64,000 nt of DNA. Source: Chiloscyllium plagiosum. Its lineage: Eukaryota. The stretch lies in contig NC_057719.1 in NCBI RefSeq assembly GCF_004010195.1, forward strand, positions 63,365,378 through 63,429,377, read 5' to 3'. The position numbers were made by a program, and so were the translations under genes. This document shows, piece after piece, positions 1 through 11,789 of the stretch. The notes below the pieces were generated by a model. That model was not told the origin of the DNA, made no database searches, and was given only the letters and a program-made list of their open reading frames with translations. Numbering within the stretch: the first letter of the stretch is position 1; each line of letters starts with the position of its first letter.

Positions 1-98
1 TTAATCTCAGTAAAATTTGAACCACAATTTATGTATGATCATTGTTCAGAAAGCCAGGCTAGGGTGTAGGTTTGCTCGCTGAGCTGTAGGTTTGATAT

Positions 99-138
99 CC
101 AGACGTTTCATTACCTGGCTAGGTAACATCATCAGTGG
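99..138 (-). ncRNA. Minimal hammerhead ribozyme motif (inverted pLTR copy)
   Basis: Reverse complement reads cca-CTGATGA-tg-ttacct(agcc)aggtaa-t-GAAAC-GTC-tgg. Confidence 0.8.
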
Positions 139-893
139 CGACCTCCAAGTGAAGCGAAGCTGTTGTCTCCTGCTTTCTATTTATATCTTTCTCCTGGATG
201 GGGCTCCTGGGGTTTGTGGTAATGTCATTTCCTGTTCGTTTTCTGAGGGGTTGATATGCCTCACAGGCATAAAGTTCACCAAGGAGGAAGAAACTGACAA
301 CAAACTTGCATTTCTGGACACAGTAGGAAGAAAGGACAAGGGAGAATTACAAACCTGCGTATACAGAAAACCGACAAACATTAACCAAATACTCAACTAC
401 ACCAGCAACCATCCCAACACACACAAACGAGGCTGTATCAGAATACTATTCCAACGAGCCACCACACACTGCAGCACAGACGAACTTCGAAAAACAGAGA
501 ACTACTTATACGACGTATTCAAGAAGAATGGATACTCAAAAAACACTGCGCAGATTCCTCAAGAACAAACCACGACAAGCAGACAAAACACAGCCAGAAA
601 CCACCAGGATACACGAACACCAGCTAGCCACAAAAAGACACGACCCTCTCTCCCTTGTAGGCCTACACACGGATGAAAAAAACCATCAATTTGACTGGGA
701 CAGGCTAAGCAAAGACATGCCAGAGAATTCCTAGAGGTCTGGCACTCCAACCACAACGCCAAAAACAAGCACATCTATCTACCCCTCAGAAAACAAACAG
801 GAAATGACATCACCACAAGTCCCAGGAACCCCATTCAGGAGAAAGATATAAATAGAAAGCAGTAGAAAACAGCTTCCCTTCACTTGGAGGTCG

Positions 894-933
894 CCACTGA
901 TGATGTTACCGAGCCAGGTAATGAAACGTCTGG
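894..933 (+). ncRNA. Minimal type-I hammerhead ribozyme motif in PLE pLTR
   Basis: cca-CTGATGA-tgttacc(gagcca)ggtaat-GAAAC-GTC-tgg: conserved core, stem II, 3-bp stem I cca/tgg, GUC cleavage triplet. Confidence 0.8.
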
Positions 934-1619
934 ATATCAAACCTACAGCTCAGCGGGTAAACCTCAACCTGAGCTACAAACCTTGCGAAAGCCGGGCTAA
1001 CCTGTTCATGGTAAATTACCAATTTTGAAAGTTTCTTCAGGACAAGACTTCCGCCCCCACCCCGTTTTATTTCCTGAGTGTGCTGATTTTTTTCTTAATT
1101 GGAAGTTTGAATCAGTAACTCTGAAAACCGCCCACTAGGATTTCTTAAAACTCGTCTTGTTGCTGCCCCAAAACACGCACACGTGACATTTAATCTGAAT
1201 TTTTTTTTGCTCATGCTAGCTACTTCCAGTTTTTGTGTACGGCATAAAGTGGCACTGAGGGGAATAAAGCCCCAGAATGTTTGTATAACCCTCTCAGCAG
1301 CTTGCCATTCACTCGGTAACATTTCTGGCTCCTTCAACTCAGTTTCCACCTGGTACACAGCGAGTTTTGCATTGCTGCACAGCCGCGCGTTGTTGTTGTT
1401 GTTGAACAGATGGACGAGGCATCGTTTATTTTATTTTCAGTGTTTGTATTTTTGAAAAGAAGGCTTTGGAAGTGTCAACATTGTGGCGGCTCAGAGGAAG
1501 TTAAAGTTTTTGCCGTCGACGATGAAATGTTCATGCAACATGAATGATGGCCTCTCCACAAGGATGCCTTCTTGAGTTGAAGGCATGGGGATAGGAACTA
1601 GTGAAGTTTACTCTGTACT

Positions 1620-1813
1620 AAAAACAAAAAAAATGCTGGAGATCACAGCGGTCAGGCAGCATCCATGGAGCGAGAGCAAACTAACGTTTCAGGTCGAGAT
1701 GACTCTTCAGAGCTGACGTGAAATGTGGAGAGGGTCAGCATTTATTGCTGTACTTTGGGGGGAGGGGCGGAGGGTAGAGTGCTGGGGGAGAAAGGATGTT
1801 GGTAGCTCAGATT
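1620..1813 (-). mobile_element. Short non-autonomous PLE-derived element with hammerhead-like motif
   Basis: 16-bp perfect TSD aagtttactctgtact (1604-1619, 1814-1829). Minus strand reads CTGAAGA-gtc(atctc)gac-ct-GAAAC-GTT then gatgctgcctgacc..ccagca, a tail shared with the other PLE pieces. Confidence 0.75.
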
Positions 1814-2695
1814 AAGTTTACTCTGTACTTTGTATTGAGCCCGATTGGTTGAGGAGGATACTGTACCACTAACCGGTTGCGGTTTCCGGACATTGACAGC
1901 CCCAGTTTGTGTGAGCTTAGAAAGGGTTTTGACACAATCCCCTAAATCTTGCAGCTTGCTTCCTCAACCTCTCTCTTTTCAGTTGCTACGAAAAATCTAC
2001 GTCTGCCCAAACTTTGGTTCATCAGTTTTAATCGCTGTTATGGTGGCGCTTCGTCTGACAGCGGCCCTGATGATACTTTCAATAACGTTGAGGGCGCTGC
2101 ATCAATCTGCCTTCTTGTGGAGTGAAATAGAGGTCATCTCTCACTCAGTGAACCCGCGCAATCACTGCGGCGGACCCTGTTTACTGGAAGCACTTGACCT
2201 GTCTTGTACGCGGCGTAAGCTCTCTCCACCAAAGAGCTGATTGTGGTTCAAGTTGTGAAATGACAAATCTAATTTGCGTGTGGACGAGATGAGGGCGGAT
2301 CGGAAACCCTTTCCACCCTAACCTCTCTCCAGTATGGTAACTCACGAGTAACGCGTGGGACTCGATTCTGGAGCTTCTCGTGAATGAACAAAATGTAAAC
2401 AGAAACCTCAGGAAGCAAATATAGGCAGTTAAATTCAATCAGGGGTGGAGATAGTTTGGGGTCGAGACGTTTATATGGCGATGGTGCTGAGGACCAGTGG
2501 TGCGGTGGGTGTAGGACTGAAGGGAAACAGCTGTGAGTTTGAGGGTGGTGGCGTTGAGCACGATGTTTGATTCTGTATTGATCAAAGAGCTTTTGGATAA
2601 TCTTGTAGACTGTTCGAATTTTTTTTGGAGGATCGCCTAATACCGTTGATTTTTTTGTTCTATTTTGGTGCTACTGACACTTAATGCTTAAGGGA

Positions 2696-2709
2696 GTTGC
2701 CATGGTTAC
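2696..2709 (-). promoter_or_regulatory. RFX X-box
   Basis: GTTGCCATGGTTAC; its reverse complement GTAACCATGGCAAC fits GTNRCC-AT-RGYAAC. Confidence 0.6.
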
Positions 2710-3833
2710 AGCTGACGCTGTCGTGGGAAGGAGTGCACGCCCATTGATAAATTTACTGATGCCTCGCTCAGGGATACTGTGTTTACAGTTTCCTTATTGT
2801 TTCACTCTGTCTCTGCCTGGGTCAGATCACTAGCATATGTTTAGCGGGGCTGTATCTATTAAATGTACACCGGGCATCTGTTTTTTTGGACCATCTGCAA
2901 ATTCTGAAGTCAGAGGGGAATAAATTCACCCTGATGTCAGTGACACATTGGCCAGGCGATACAGTGACTCTTCAATTGCAGCCTTATCATTCAGAGCACT
3001 CACACGGTTCACACCCAGTGTCCTCACGGCCGTCATTAATGCTGAAGGGTTTTCTCATCTCCCTGTTTCTCTCTGGCCTCACCCTTTCCACACTCCTGTT
3101 GTTACTACTATCTGACAGATCGCTCTCAAGCCCACCCACCCTTCCCAAGGCATTCTGTCTCAGATGTTTCAGGTCCCCTCAGCTCCAGTCTCATTGTGAT
3201 ATTGTAAAGGGGAAAGGACAGCTTTGCAGATTATTTTTCTAAAATGGGCTAAGCCAGCAATGATTTTGGTTTGAGTAAAATCCAGTTCAGCATGGAGGGG
3301 GGAGCTAGGCTAATAATTAGGGACAGAGAGCCACTGTATGTTGATGGGAAAGGTTAAAAGGGAAAGAAAAGGAAAGGTAAATGCTTCAGAAAGGTCCATG
3401 AGACCACAAAACAGCCTTTTGCAGGAAATCCCTAAACCCTTAGCAGGATTACTGATCCACACCAGCTGGTCCTGGGGTGAACAGACAAACCTGAAAGAGT
3501 GAAATTCCCTAGTTGTCAAACACTCACTATCCACAAATGGCAGTTATATAGACAGACAACCTGACTCAGGTTGTCCCAGCACTTCAGGCAGAGGCTCCTT
3601 GCATATGTCAAAGAAACTTGAGAGACATCTGCAATAATTGTGAAAATATCTATTTGAATTCAAATTCTCTTTTCTCTGGGTAAAAACAATGACTGCAGAT
3701 GCTGGAAACCAGAGTCTAGATTAGAGTTGTGCTGGAAAAGCACCAACTTACGCTATGCATCACAGTCAAGTTAACTCTGAACTGCGTTCTAAAAGATTGA
3801 ATTTCCTTGAATATTAGGGTTATTTTATAGTGT

Positions 3834-4031
3834 TGAAAATGTGTTGCTGGAAAAGCGCAGCAGGTCAGGCAACATCCAGCCCTTCTTCAGGGCTTATGCC
3901 CATTTCCTGAAGAAGGGCTTATGCCCGAAACGTCGATTCTCCTGTTCCCTGGATGCTGCCTGACCTGCTGCGCTTTTCCAGCAACACATTTTCAGCTCTG
4001 ATCTCCAGCATCTGCAGACCTCACTTTCTCC
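3834..4031 (+). mobile_element. Fold-back mini-PLE with intact hammerhead motif
   Basis: Arms are mutual reverse complements (gaaaatgtgttgctggaaaagcgcagcaggtcaggca / tgcctgacctgctgcgcttttccagcaacacattttc). TSD ttattttatagtgt (3820-3833, 4032-4045). CTGAAGA-a-gggc(ttat)gccc-GAAAC-GTC at 3907-3934. Confidence 0.85.
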
Positions 4032-6099
4032 TTATTTTATAGTGTGACTACTCAGTTTGCCTTTTTTAATATATTCTGAACTGTGAAGAGTCATCATTAA
4101 TCTTTGTTTCACATCACAGATGCTGCTAAATATTTCTAGCATTTTCCAGTTTTGTTTCAGGTTTGTAGCATCTGCAATGTATCGCTTTTGTGTTCAGTGT
4201 TCAACACTCCCAACCCATGAATTATTTCCAAGCTCCAATCCTATCGTGCTAAACATTCCAGTGAGGTACTTTCACTTCACGTTGTTTCTGCCCTCTAGAA
4301 TCTATCAGTCAAAAATGGCCCTAAGGCAGCTTCTCTACACTTTCAATGGTTTTGTTTCAAACCTCAGTGGTGATGGAACCTTGGTCTCCTCCACCCTGTT
4401 ATTGAATACCAGTGTAAGGATTAACATTAACACTAATCCTTCACTTTCTGTGCCACTGGGACTCCTGGTCATGTCATGTAGTATGGGATATAATGTGATT
4501 CTCAACTAGGCAGCAAAGGCAACAAATAGCATTTTGGATTCTGGAGACAACATCAGAAACATTGCTTCAGGTCAAATGGCGTACTCTGCTGCAACAGCTC
4601 TGAGTTGAATATGTTTTTCTTTTGAAAAGAAATGAGCTGTGGTCTGAATTATGTTGGGGCAGAAATGCAGTGCCCACTAACATGTCAGATGGAATTGTAA
4701 AGGTAAAGTGGATACCTACATTATATCATCCTGGGGACATTATTTTCTCATGTGATGTGGCAATGGCTGGCAGTTCCATTTATTGCCTCTTCCTAGTTGC
4801 CCTTGAGAAGGTGGTCATGAGTTGTCTTTGTTGTATTAGTGTAAGGGAGAGATTTCTAGTATTTTGACCCAAGGACCTTGAAACAAAAGAAATAAATTTC
4901 TTACTCATAATAGTGTTTGGCTTGGAGAGGAACTTTCGTGGCCTCTGATGGATCCTTCTAGATATTAGAGGTCCCAATTTTGGAATTCCCTGCTGTCTGG
5001 ATATGTCTGTACTGCCACCTCCAGTGGATACACAGGTAATCCTTGATTAACTTGGTTTCGATTAACACAGTCGCACCATAATGGGTTTTTTACTGTAATG
5101 TCCATGGTTTCAATAATGCACAGCTGATTTGCGACAATGCAATTCTTGCCCAACTCCCAGCAGCACAAGAATAAATGCACACTAAAACCCAACACTACTG
5201 GGGAAGATTCCATTCATTCAGCTAATGTCAGCCATTAGGGCCAAAAAGACTCCATGAAGGTTGGATAAGTTTTTTTTAAAGCAGCAGCAGAAAGGCAGTC
5301 TCATGCTTCTGAACCTTCAATTTGCAGAGCTGCAGATGAGTCAGCCAAAGATCCACAGCCTGTACCTCCAGCTAAGCAATCTTGTATAAAATTCAAGAAA
5401 AAAGAAAATATATTCTTTTTGTATTATGTGTTTCGAATAACACCATTTCACTGTACGTGATGATTTTTGGAAATGTAAATACTGTGTTAATCAAAGACTA
5501 CCTGTATCCTATTCCGCTGCCAGGACAGGCTTCAAGACAGTGATAAAGTAGTTTGGGACTTTGTAGGTGTGACACCCCAGTATTTTGATTTTGTATTTGC
5601 ACCATTAGTTTACAATTATTATAATCAGTGGCAAAGTAATTCTAAAGCTATAGCTATATAACAGAAATCATTCTGAAATCCATGCTGCAGTTTTATTGTA
5701 CTTGATGTCTTGTTTTTCACATTTATCTAAAGTTGCAATTAGCTAGATTGGCACTGAGGTACTGTGGGGTGTGGTTTAATATTACATTCGCATCTGATCA
5801 CAATCATGGTGTTAACAGATTGAGAGGGAAGTCTTGAGCTGCCAGCTGATCCACTGAAGGAATATGTGGCATGGCACATGATACATGACATATGACTTAG
5901 ACTTGTGGGCACACCTGAGGGATCCAGAGTAAGTTTTAAGTGGAGCTTTATCTCTGTACACAATTGATAGGCTTGCAACTGAGCTGAAGTGAACTCTAGT
6001 CTCGAAGTGAATTTGTTAGCATTAAGGCAAAATTTCTCTTGAATCAACAATCAAAACATAAAATTGATTGGAAACCTGAGACTTGGAGAAGGTTGGATA

Positions 6100-6620
6100 G
6101 ATCATTAACATGAACAGGTTAAGAAAATACCAGAAAGACTAATGGAATGCTGGCTTTTATGTCTGGAAGAATATAAGGGGCTTTAGCTAATCAAAAGTAT
6201 GAATGTACCACATCTGGGGTACTCGTGGCAGTTCTGAGTACCATACCCCGAGGAAGGGTCTGTTGACCTTGTAGTGGTACAAGGTCATTTACCATTGTGA
6301 CAGCAGGACTCTGAGGGTTAGATGATGGGTTATGTGGTAAAATAACTCTATCGAGGGTTGTTATCTCTGGAATTCAGAAATGAAAGGAGTAATTTGAAGT
6401 TTTGAAGTCATTAGGGATCAGATAGGTTAGGTGGAGAGTGACTGATTATGCTGGTTAGGGAGTCTAGTGTAGTGTAAAGGTTAACGAAATCTTCTTTGGA
6501 AGTGAAATTAAGCGAGACTACTACACAAAAATACTTGCAGAAATTTGAAATTCTCTTGCATAAATGGCAATTTATGATTGGCCAATACTACCTCTTTGAG
6601 AATTATGGATGAGGCATTAA
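6100..6620 (+). mobile_element. Old CR1 LINE 3' fragment
   Basis: Degenerate similarity to the CR1 ORF2 C-terminus/3' region of younger copies in the window. Confidence 0.5.
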
Positions 6621-6737
6621 ATGTTGGCCTTGTCAGTGACACCCAAGAACAAATTAAATAAATTGTTCATTTCTTTTAGTTTCATAGCTTTGGTTAACAA
6701 AAATCTATTTAGGGCTATAAGGCAAATCCGAGTGATA

Positions 6738-6845
6738 CGAAACAAAGACAGAAGTTGCCGGAAAAGTTCAGCAGGTCTGGCAGCATCTGTGAAGAGAAAT
6801 CAGTGTTAATGTTTCGGGTTCGGTGACCCTTCCTCTGAACTGATA
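6738..6845 (-). mobile_element. Degenerate PLE-derived short element
   Basis: Minus strand gaggaagggtc(accg)aacccGAAACatt..agatgctgccagacctgctg, same layout as 1620-1813 with a mutated core. Confidence 0.55.
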
Positions 6846-7609
6846 CAAGTGATATGAAGCTGAGTAAAAGATCACCTATAGTCTTAGTGAATGGTAAACA
6901 AGTTCAAGAGGTTAATGGCTTACTTCTGTTCCTACGTTGGTGACAGTAACAGGACATTTTCTACATCATGAGCTTGTCTGGCAATGAGCTGATCATTTGT
7001 CTTACTTTTTACTTAGCTTCAATTGACAGTGTTGACTTGTACTTGGCACATCAGACCAGTGACCAGAAGTCAATTGAAGCTGCACAATTATGTCCTGCCC
7101 TGCTGTAATTGACAGATTTCGACCAAATTAAATTGAATTTCTCACAATTGCAAGAGCAGCAGCAGAAGCAGTCCTGGATTAGGCTTCAATTGACTGCTGG
7201 CCGTTGCAAGCACAAGTGATTAATGCTGGACCACAGGTGCCTGCGTGCTTGAGCTGCTGGATGCACTATGCAGAAATTCCCTAAATTCCAGAAGTTGTAC
7301 GGATGGGGACTACTTTGTGTAAATGGACATTTTAACCTGCAGAGAAGATTGAAGATGCTCCACTGTAAAGTTGTTATGAGCACAACATGCTTACGCTTCT
7401 AAGTCTCGATGTTTTAGTGCTATTTCATCTTATTCCACCTAGTCCATTCTGATATTTAGGGAGCAGTCATGCTGAAACTCTATGCCCTTGTGCATTTCTT
7501 ACCTTTTTATATTCAGGTAAGGTGGTCTTGATTTATCACATCCTTTGTAGTTCACTTTCAACTCTATACTTAAATTCAAAAGTCTAGCATTTCTTTTTTC
7601 ACGTTTATA

Positions 7610-7997
7610 AAAGCTTGCAATTACAAAGCACTTTTCACGATCTCAGGACATCCAAGGAGCTTTTATGGCTAATGAAGTTTTTTTTATTAAAGTGTGCTCA
7701 ATGCTATATTGTAGGAAATATCCAGTCAATTTGATTACAGAAAATTTACATGAATAACATTGGGAAACTGAGCAAATATTCTATTTTGGGTGTTAACTGT
7801 AGGATACATTTTGGGCCTAGAAGCTGGGAAACTCTCCTGCTCTTCTTTGAATAGTACCATAGAATCATTAATATCAAACCGAGAGAGCATAAAGGGCTTC
7901 AGACTACACTGAATTTTAGATTACGTGAAAAAAAACTTCATGAAAAGGCCTGTAGCTTATAACTTCCTGACTGCTAGTCATTGAGTGAAGGCTGACA
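7610..7997 (-). mobile_element. Ancient DeuSINE (SacSINE1-like) relic
   Basis: Resembles the Deu-domain/L2-like tail pattern as recalled (ctcaggacatccaa..aatgaagt..tgtaggaaa; aactctcctgctcttctttgaatagtaccat). Confidence 0.6.
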
Positions 7998-10900
7998 TTC
8001 AGGCTTCACATGTTGAATGGCAGAAATAATTTCCTTAAAGTTGAGCAAAAGTTGCATTGGGTCAACTTTCAGAGGCATTGTTATAAAGATGATATGCAGT
8101 CGCTCAATGTGTTCATTAGTAGTCATGGGCTCAATCCAAAATTAACTGATTATTTGATCGGGTTTCACAACACAATCTTTCACTGGTTGATCAAAATAAA
8201 TATTTTTTTAAAATCTCTCATTTAACTGGAGAAATGCTAGATGACTGGCAATAAATCTTTTCATACATTGAAACTCCTCCTTTAATCTGATCATTGTAGA
8301 TCCTTGTAGTCGATCCTAGCCCTCCACTGTCTTCCATGTAACATCTGCTTCATTTATGCCTTACTTGACATTTTCCCTCGAGTGTAATGTTTTCTAATTT
8401 AGTGGGATGGCTCTTTACTGTGCTGTGGAGATTGAGACTGTGAATGTAATTTATCTGAAGTGATCCATGTAGCATTTCCTTCAATCATCTCTTCTGTAAA
8501 GATATTTATTAATTGGAATACCTGTGAAAAATGTCTTTTTGGAGGCTACAAATGTGAGTAGTTGTGCTGTTTGTTTGGTTAAGGTCACATAGTTACTTTG
8601 TGCCAAATTAATACCAGTACCGCAAACAAATGTTCAAAACAAATCATTTCATTCACTTTGATGGAAGACTCTATGCTTTCTTGTTTTTTTTTCTATTTTT
8701 ATATTGAATATTTTCAAATGGTGTTTTACAAATAGCAATCTGCGAGAATTAGACTGTTTTAGAAATCAAATCTGTATCTGAAAGGGCATAATTGTCTGAG
8801 ATTTGTGTAAAACAAAGAATGCATTTATATTAGGAATTAGGTATTTGACAGTGGTAGTGTTTAATAGTCCACGTATTTTACCAGGATGGAAGTTGACGTT
8901 TGCAATCTTAAGTTCAATCTGTAGTTTGCTGTAGCTGCTGATAAGTGTATTAAGTGACCCAAAGTTTAAAATCAAATAATTTTAAAAAAAATTATTCCCA
9001 AGTAAGTAAGATGTTTTCAGTTAGCTTATGAAAAACTCCATATGTTCTTAATTGTTCAGGATTTCTCTCTGAAGTATTATATATCACAGGCTGGCCTGCC
9101 TATTTTAAGTGGACCAATAGAGTTGACAATAGTAGCCTTGGTGCCAAGGGGCAAAAATCTACAAATGCTCCTTTAGAAAAACATCTCTAAAAATAATCTA
9201 ACTGGTGTCCAATCACTCTGAAAAAAGCTTAACATGAATGAAACAAGTATTTAGTAATAGTAATCAATCACAATTATTTTCCTATGGTTCTCATTTCCAT
9301 TTTATTCCCATTTCAAAAGACCTCATGTTGGAGACGTATTGTTGTTCTCCATTCATCATGGCCACGTGGGTTCCTATAAGACACTGGAGATGGGCAGATG
9401 GCCAGAATAACCCTTGTCTGATTTCCAAACATCTTAGGTATCTTAGAGGATCTTAGCCATGTCTACCCACATTATCCCCTTTAATCCAGCTATACCAACC
9501 CCACCAGCTACATACCAGTTATGCATGGAACGGAAAGAGAGCCAGAGCTACAGAGCACCTCCCAGATTGTTTCTTTCATCATAATCCTTCACTGGTTGAA
9601 CAAAAGAAATGGTATTTTTTTTAAATCTTCCATTTAACTGGACAAATGCTCGATGTCTGGCAGTAAATTTCATGCTTCAAAACTCTTCCCACAGTCTGAT
9701 CATTGTAGATCCTCAGATTTCAATTTTGTTAGCTAGTAGTTATGTGAAGCACCTTCAGTCTCTTAAGTGCATTAATGGTAGCTTATAAACGCAAGTTGCT
9801 GTTATTATGCAGCAAAATGCAGTTTGCAACCTCCCATACTCCATGAAACTGTGAATTTGCCTTTCTTTCGGGCTGCAGAAATTACATGTGGACTCACTGT
9901 CACACTCAAATGTGACGGCTCCAAGCAATACTTTCTATGTCAGATCTCCAGTGGTGCAGGAAAGAATCCTGAAGTCGATAGCTTTAGTTAGGGAGTTTAA
10001 AATATCTAGTCAACAAGATCATACATTTTAATGTTTCCAGATAAAAACTGAAGGCAGAAAATTGGAGAGTTGCAGGAACAACAGAAATTCACCATTTTCC
10101 TTGTGCAAAATGGAAATAACATAGAGTGAATTTTCCAGAGACGTTTTGAGTCACTAAGCAGAAGTTGCTGAGGGAGGTTTTGTGTCAAGCATAAGGCTTC
10201 AACTAAATGGGTTAAGTTCAGATAGAATCACTCCATTCCCTTGAAACTCCTCAACACTGCTCTGTGCAGTCAGGGTCAAGTATGAATTTAGGAACACAGG
10301 AATTAGAAACAGGAGTAGGCCAGCTGGCTATTTGAGCCTGCTCCATCATTCAATCGAATCAGCTCATCTGGTTGGAGTCTCAACTCTACTTACCTGTCTC
10401 CCCTTACATAATCCTAGAATTCCTTGTCTATCAAAAATCTATCTAATGCAGCCTTGAATACATTCAGTGATTCAGCTTCCATTGCTTTCTGTGAAAAGAA
10501 TTCCATGACTAATGACCATCTGAGATGATAAATTCTCTTCACCTTGGTCTTAAAAAGGAGATCCTTCTTATTAAACTGTGACATCTGGTTCCCTTAGTTG
10601 CAGGGTGCCAGGCGTCCAGGCGAATACCTCTGGCAACAGTTAGTTCATGTTGCTGCAATTTAGTATATTGTGGATATCAGTTCATTGCAGGCAGAATGCT
10701 ATAGGTCACCAGCCACATATCTGCTGAAGCTGACAGCTCTGAACTATGAACTGGAGAGTGAGCAGTGTATCAACAGGATGGCTTTTACTCCAGAAGTCCT
10801 GCGAGAGACAACCACTTTCCAGACTCTAATCACCACTTGATTAAAAAAGCAGGTAGTATTCAATGCAACATTATGAAAAAAACTCTGTCTGCCATAATTT

Positions 10901-11789
10901 GGCCAAAAGAAAATGTTTCCAGTGCACACAGTTCAGGAGGACACTTTAGGTCTGGGTATCATGCAGGGTCTGAAGTCATAGAGTCATATAGCGTGGAAAT
11001 AGGCCCTTCGGTCCAATTTGCTTGCACTGACCAGATATCCCGATCCGACCTACTCCCGTTTGCCAGTATTTGGCCCGTATCCCTTTCAATCCTTCCTATT
11101 CATATTTCCATCTGGATGACATTCCCTGGTAACAAAGACTGCAGCAATTCAAAAATACAGCTCACCACCATCTTAATGGGCAACTAGGGATGGGCAATAA
11201 ATATTGGCCCAAGTCAGAGACTCCCAACTCCTCTGAATTAAGAATGATGTTTTGTTTTCTAATCTCTCAAGCCGGCCTGCACCATCACCAGTTTATGTCC
11301 AGAAATCTACATGTTTGTCCATTCAAGCTCCACTTTTAGAGTGGTACATTTCAGTTGTAATTGTCCACATTCTGTAAAGTTAATCGACTCTCATGTCCCT
11401 GCATTGAACTGCAACCGTCACCTTGGGAGTGTTCTTGGGAGCTTCACATTGTCTCACTCACAGTTTACAATCTCTACAAGTTGTATTTCATCTGAAATTT
11501 ATCCCCCAAGATCCATATCATTAATATACATCAGGAAAAGCAAGGCTCCTATCACTGAACCCTGGGGAACACCATCACAAATCTCCCTCCACCCAAAGAT
11601 ATCCATTGACCATTTCCCATCATTGCGACCATTTGATGTTCATGTTGTCACTGTTCTTTGTAAAGCACAACCAATAACTTCCCTCACAAGGCTGTCATGT
11701 GGCACTGCATGAACACCTTCTGCAAATCCTTGTACATTGCATTCACAGCATTACTTCATCGAGCCTCTCTGTTATTACTTCAGAAATTA

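Larger units (their letters stand above)
62..986 (+). mobile_element. Internally deleted Penelope-like element (Poseidon-type) with inverted terminal pLTR copies
   Basis: Encodes PLE RT C-terminal motifs (IKFTKEEE..LAFLD..VYRKPT..LNYTSNHP..HKRG..LFQRA..NGY) and a GIY-YIG tail (RIHEH..H..FDWD). ~62-255 is the reverse complement of ~775-964. Flanked by a 13-bp TSD gaaagccaggcta/gaaagccgggcta (49-61, 987-999). Confidence 0.9.
1000..2850. promoter_or_regulatory. CpG-rich promoter-like region
   Basis: Visibly CpG-rich against a CpG-poor window. ttccgccccc (~1049), CACGTGAC (1180), ATTGG (1844), ttccgg ETS core (~1884), gggcgg (~2293), X-box (2696-2709), and candidate splice donors at 1911 (gtgagc) and 2337 (ATG|gtaact). 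Confidence 0.65.

Noticed and set aside
92..676. 194-aa ORF as a host gene
   Set aside because: Chimera of the inverted pLTR and a frameshifted PLE RT fragment.
1845..3242. ORFs of 85-131 aa in the CpG-rich region
   Set aside because: Non-ATG starts and no recognisable domains; expected by chance in GC-richer DNA.
3834..4031. Interpretation of the fold-back elements as DNA-transposon MITEs
   Set aside because: TSDs vary in length and sequence, arms are asymmetric, and the sequence matches the pLTR attached to a PLE ORF end at 15731-16097.
10691..10852. Exon-like segment (ttgcAG..AG|gtagta)
   Set aside because: Lies among degenerate LINE fragments, has stops in its frames and gives no recognisable protein.
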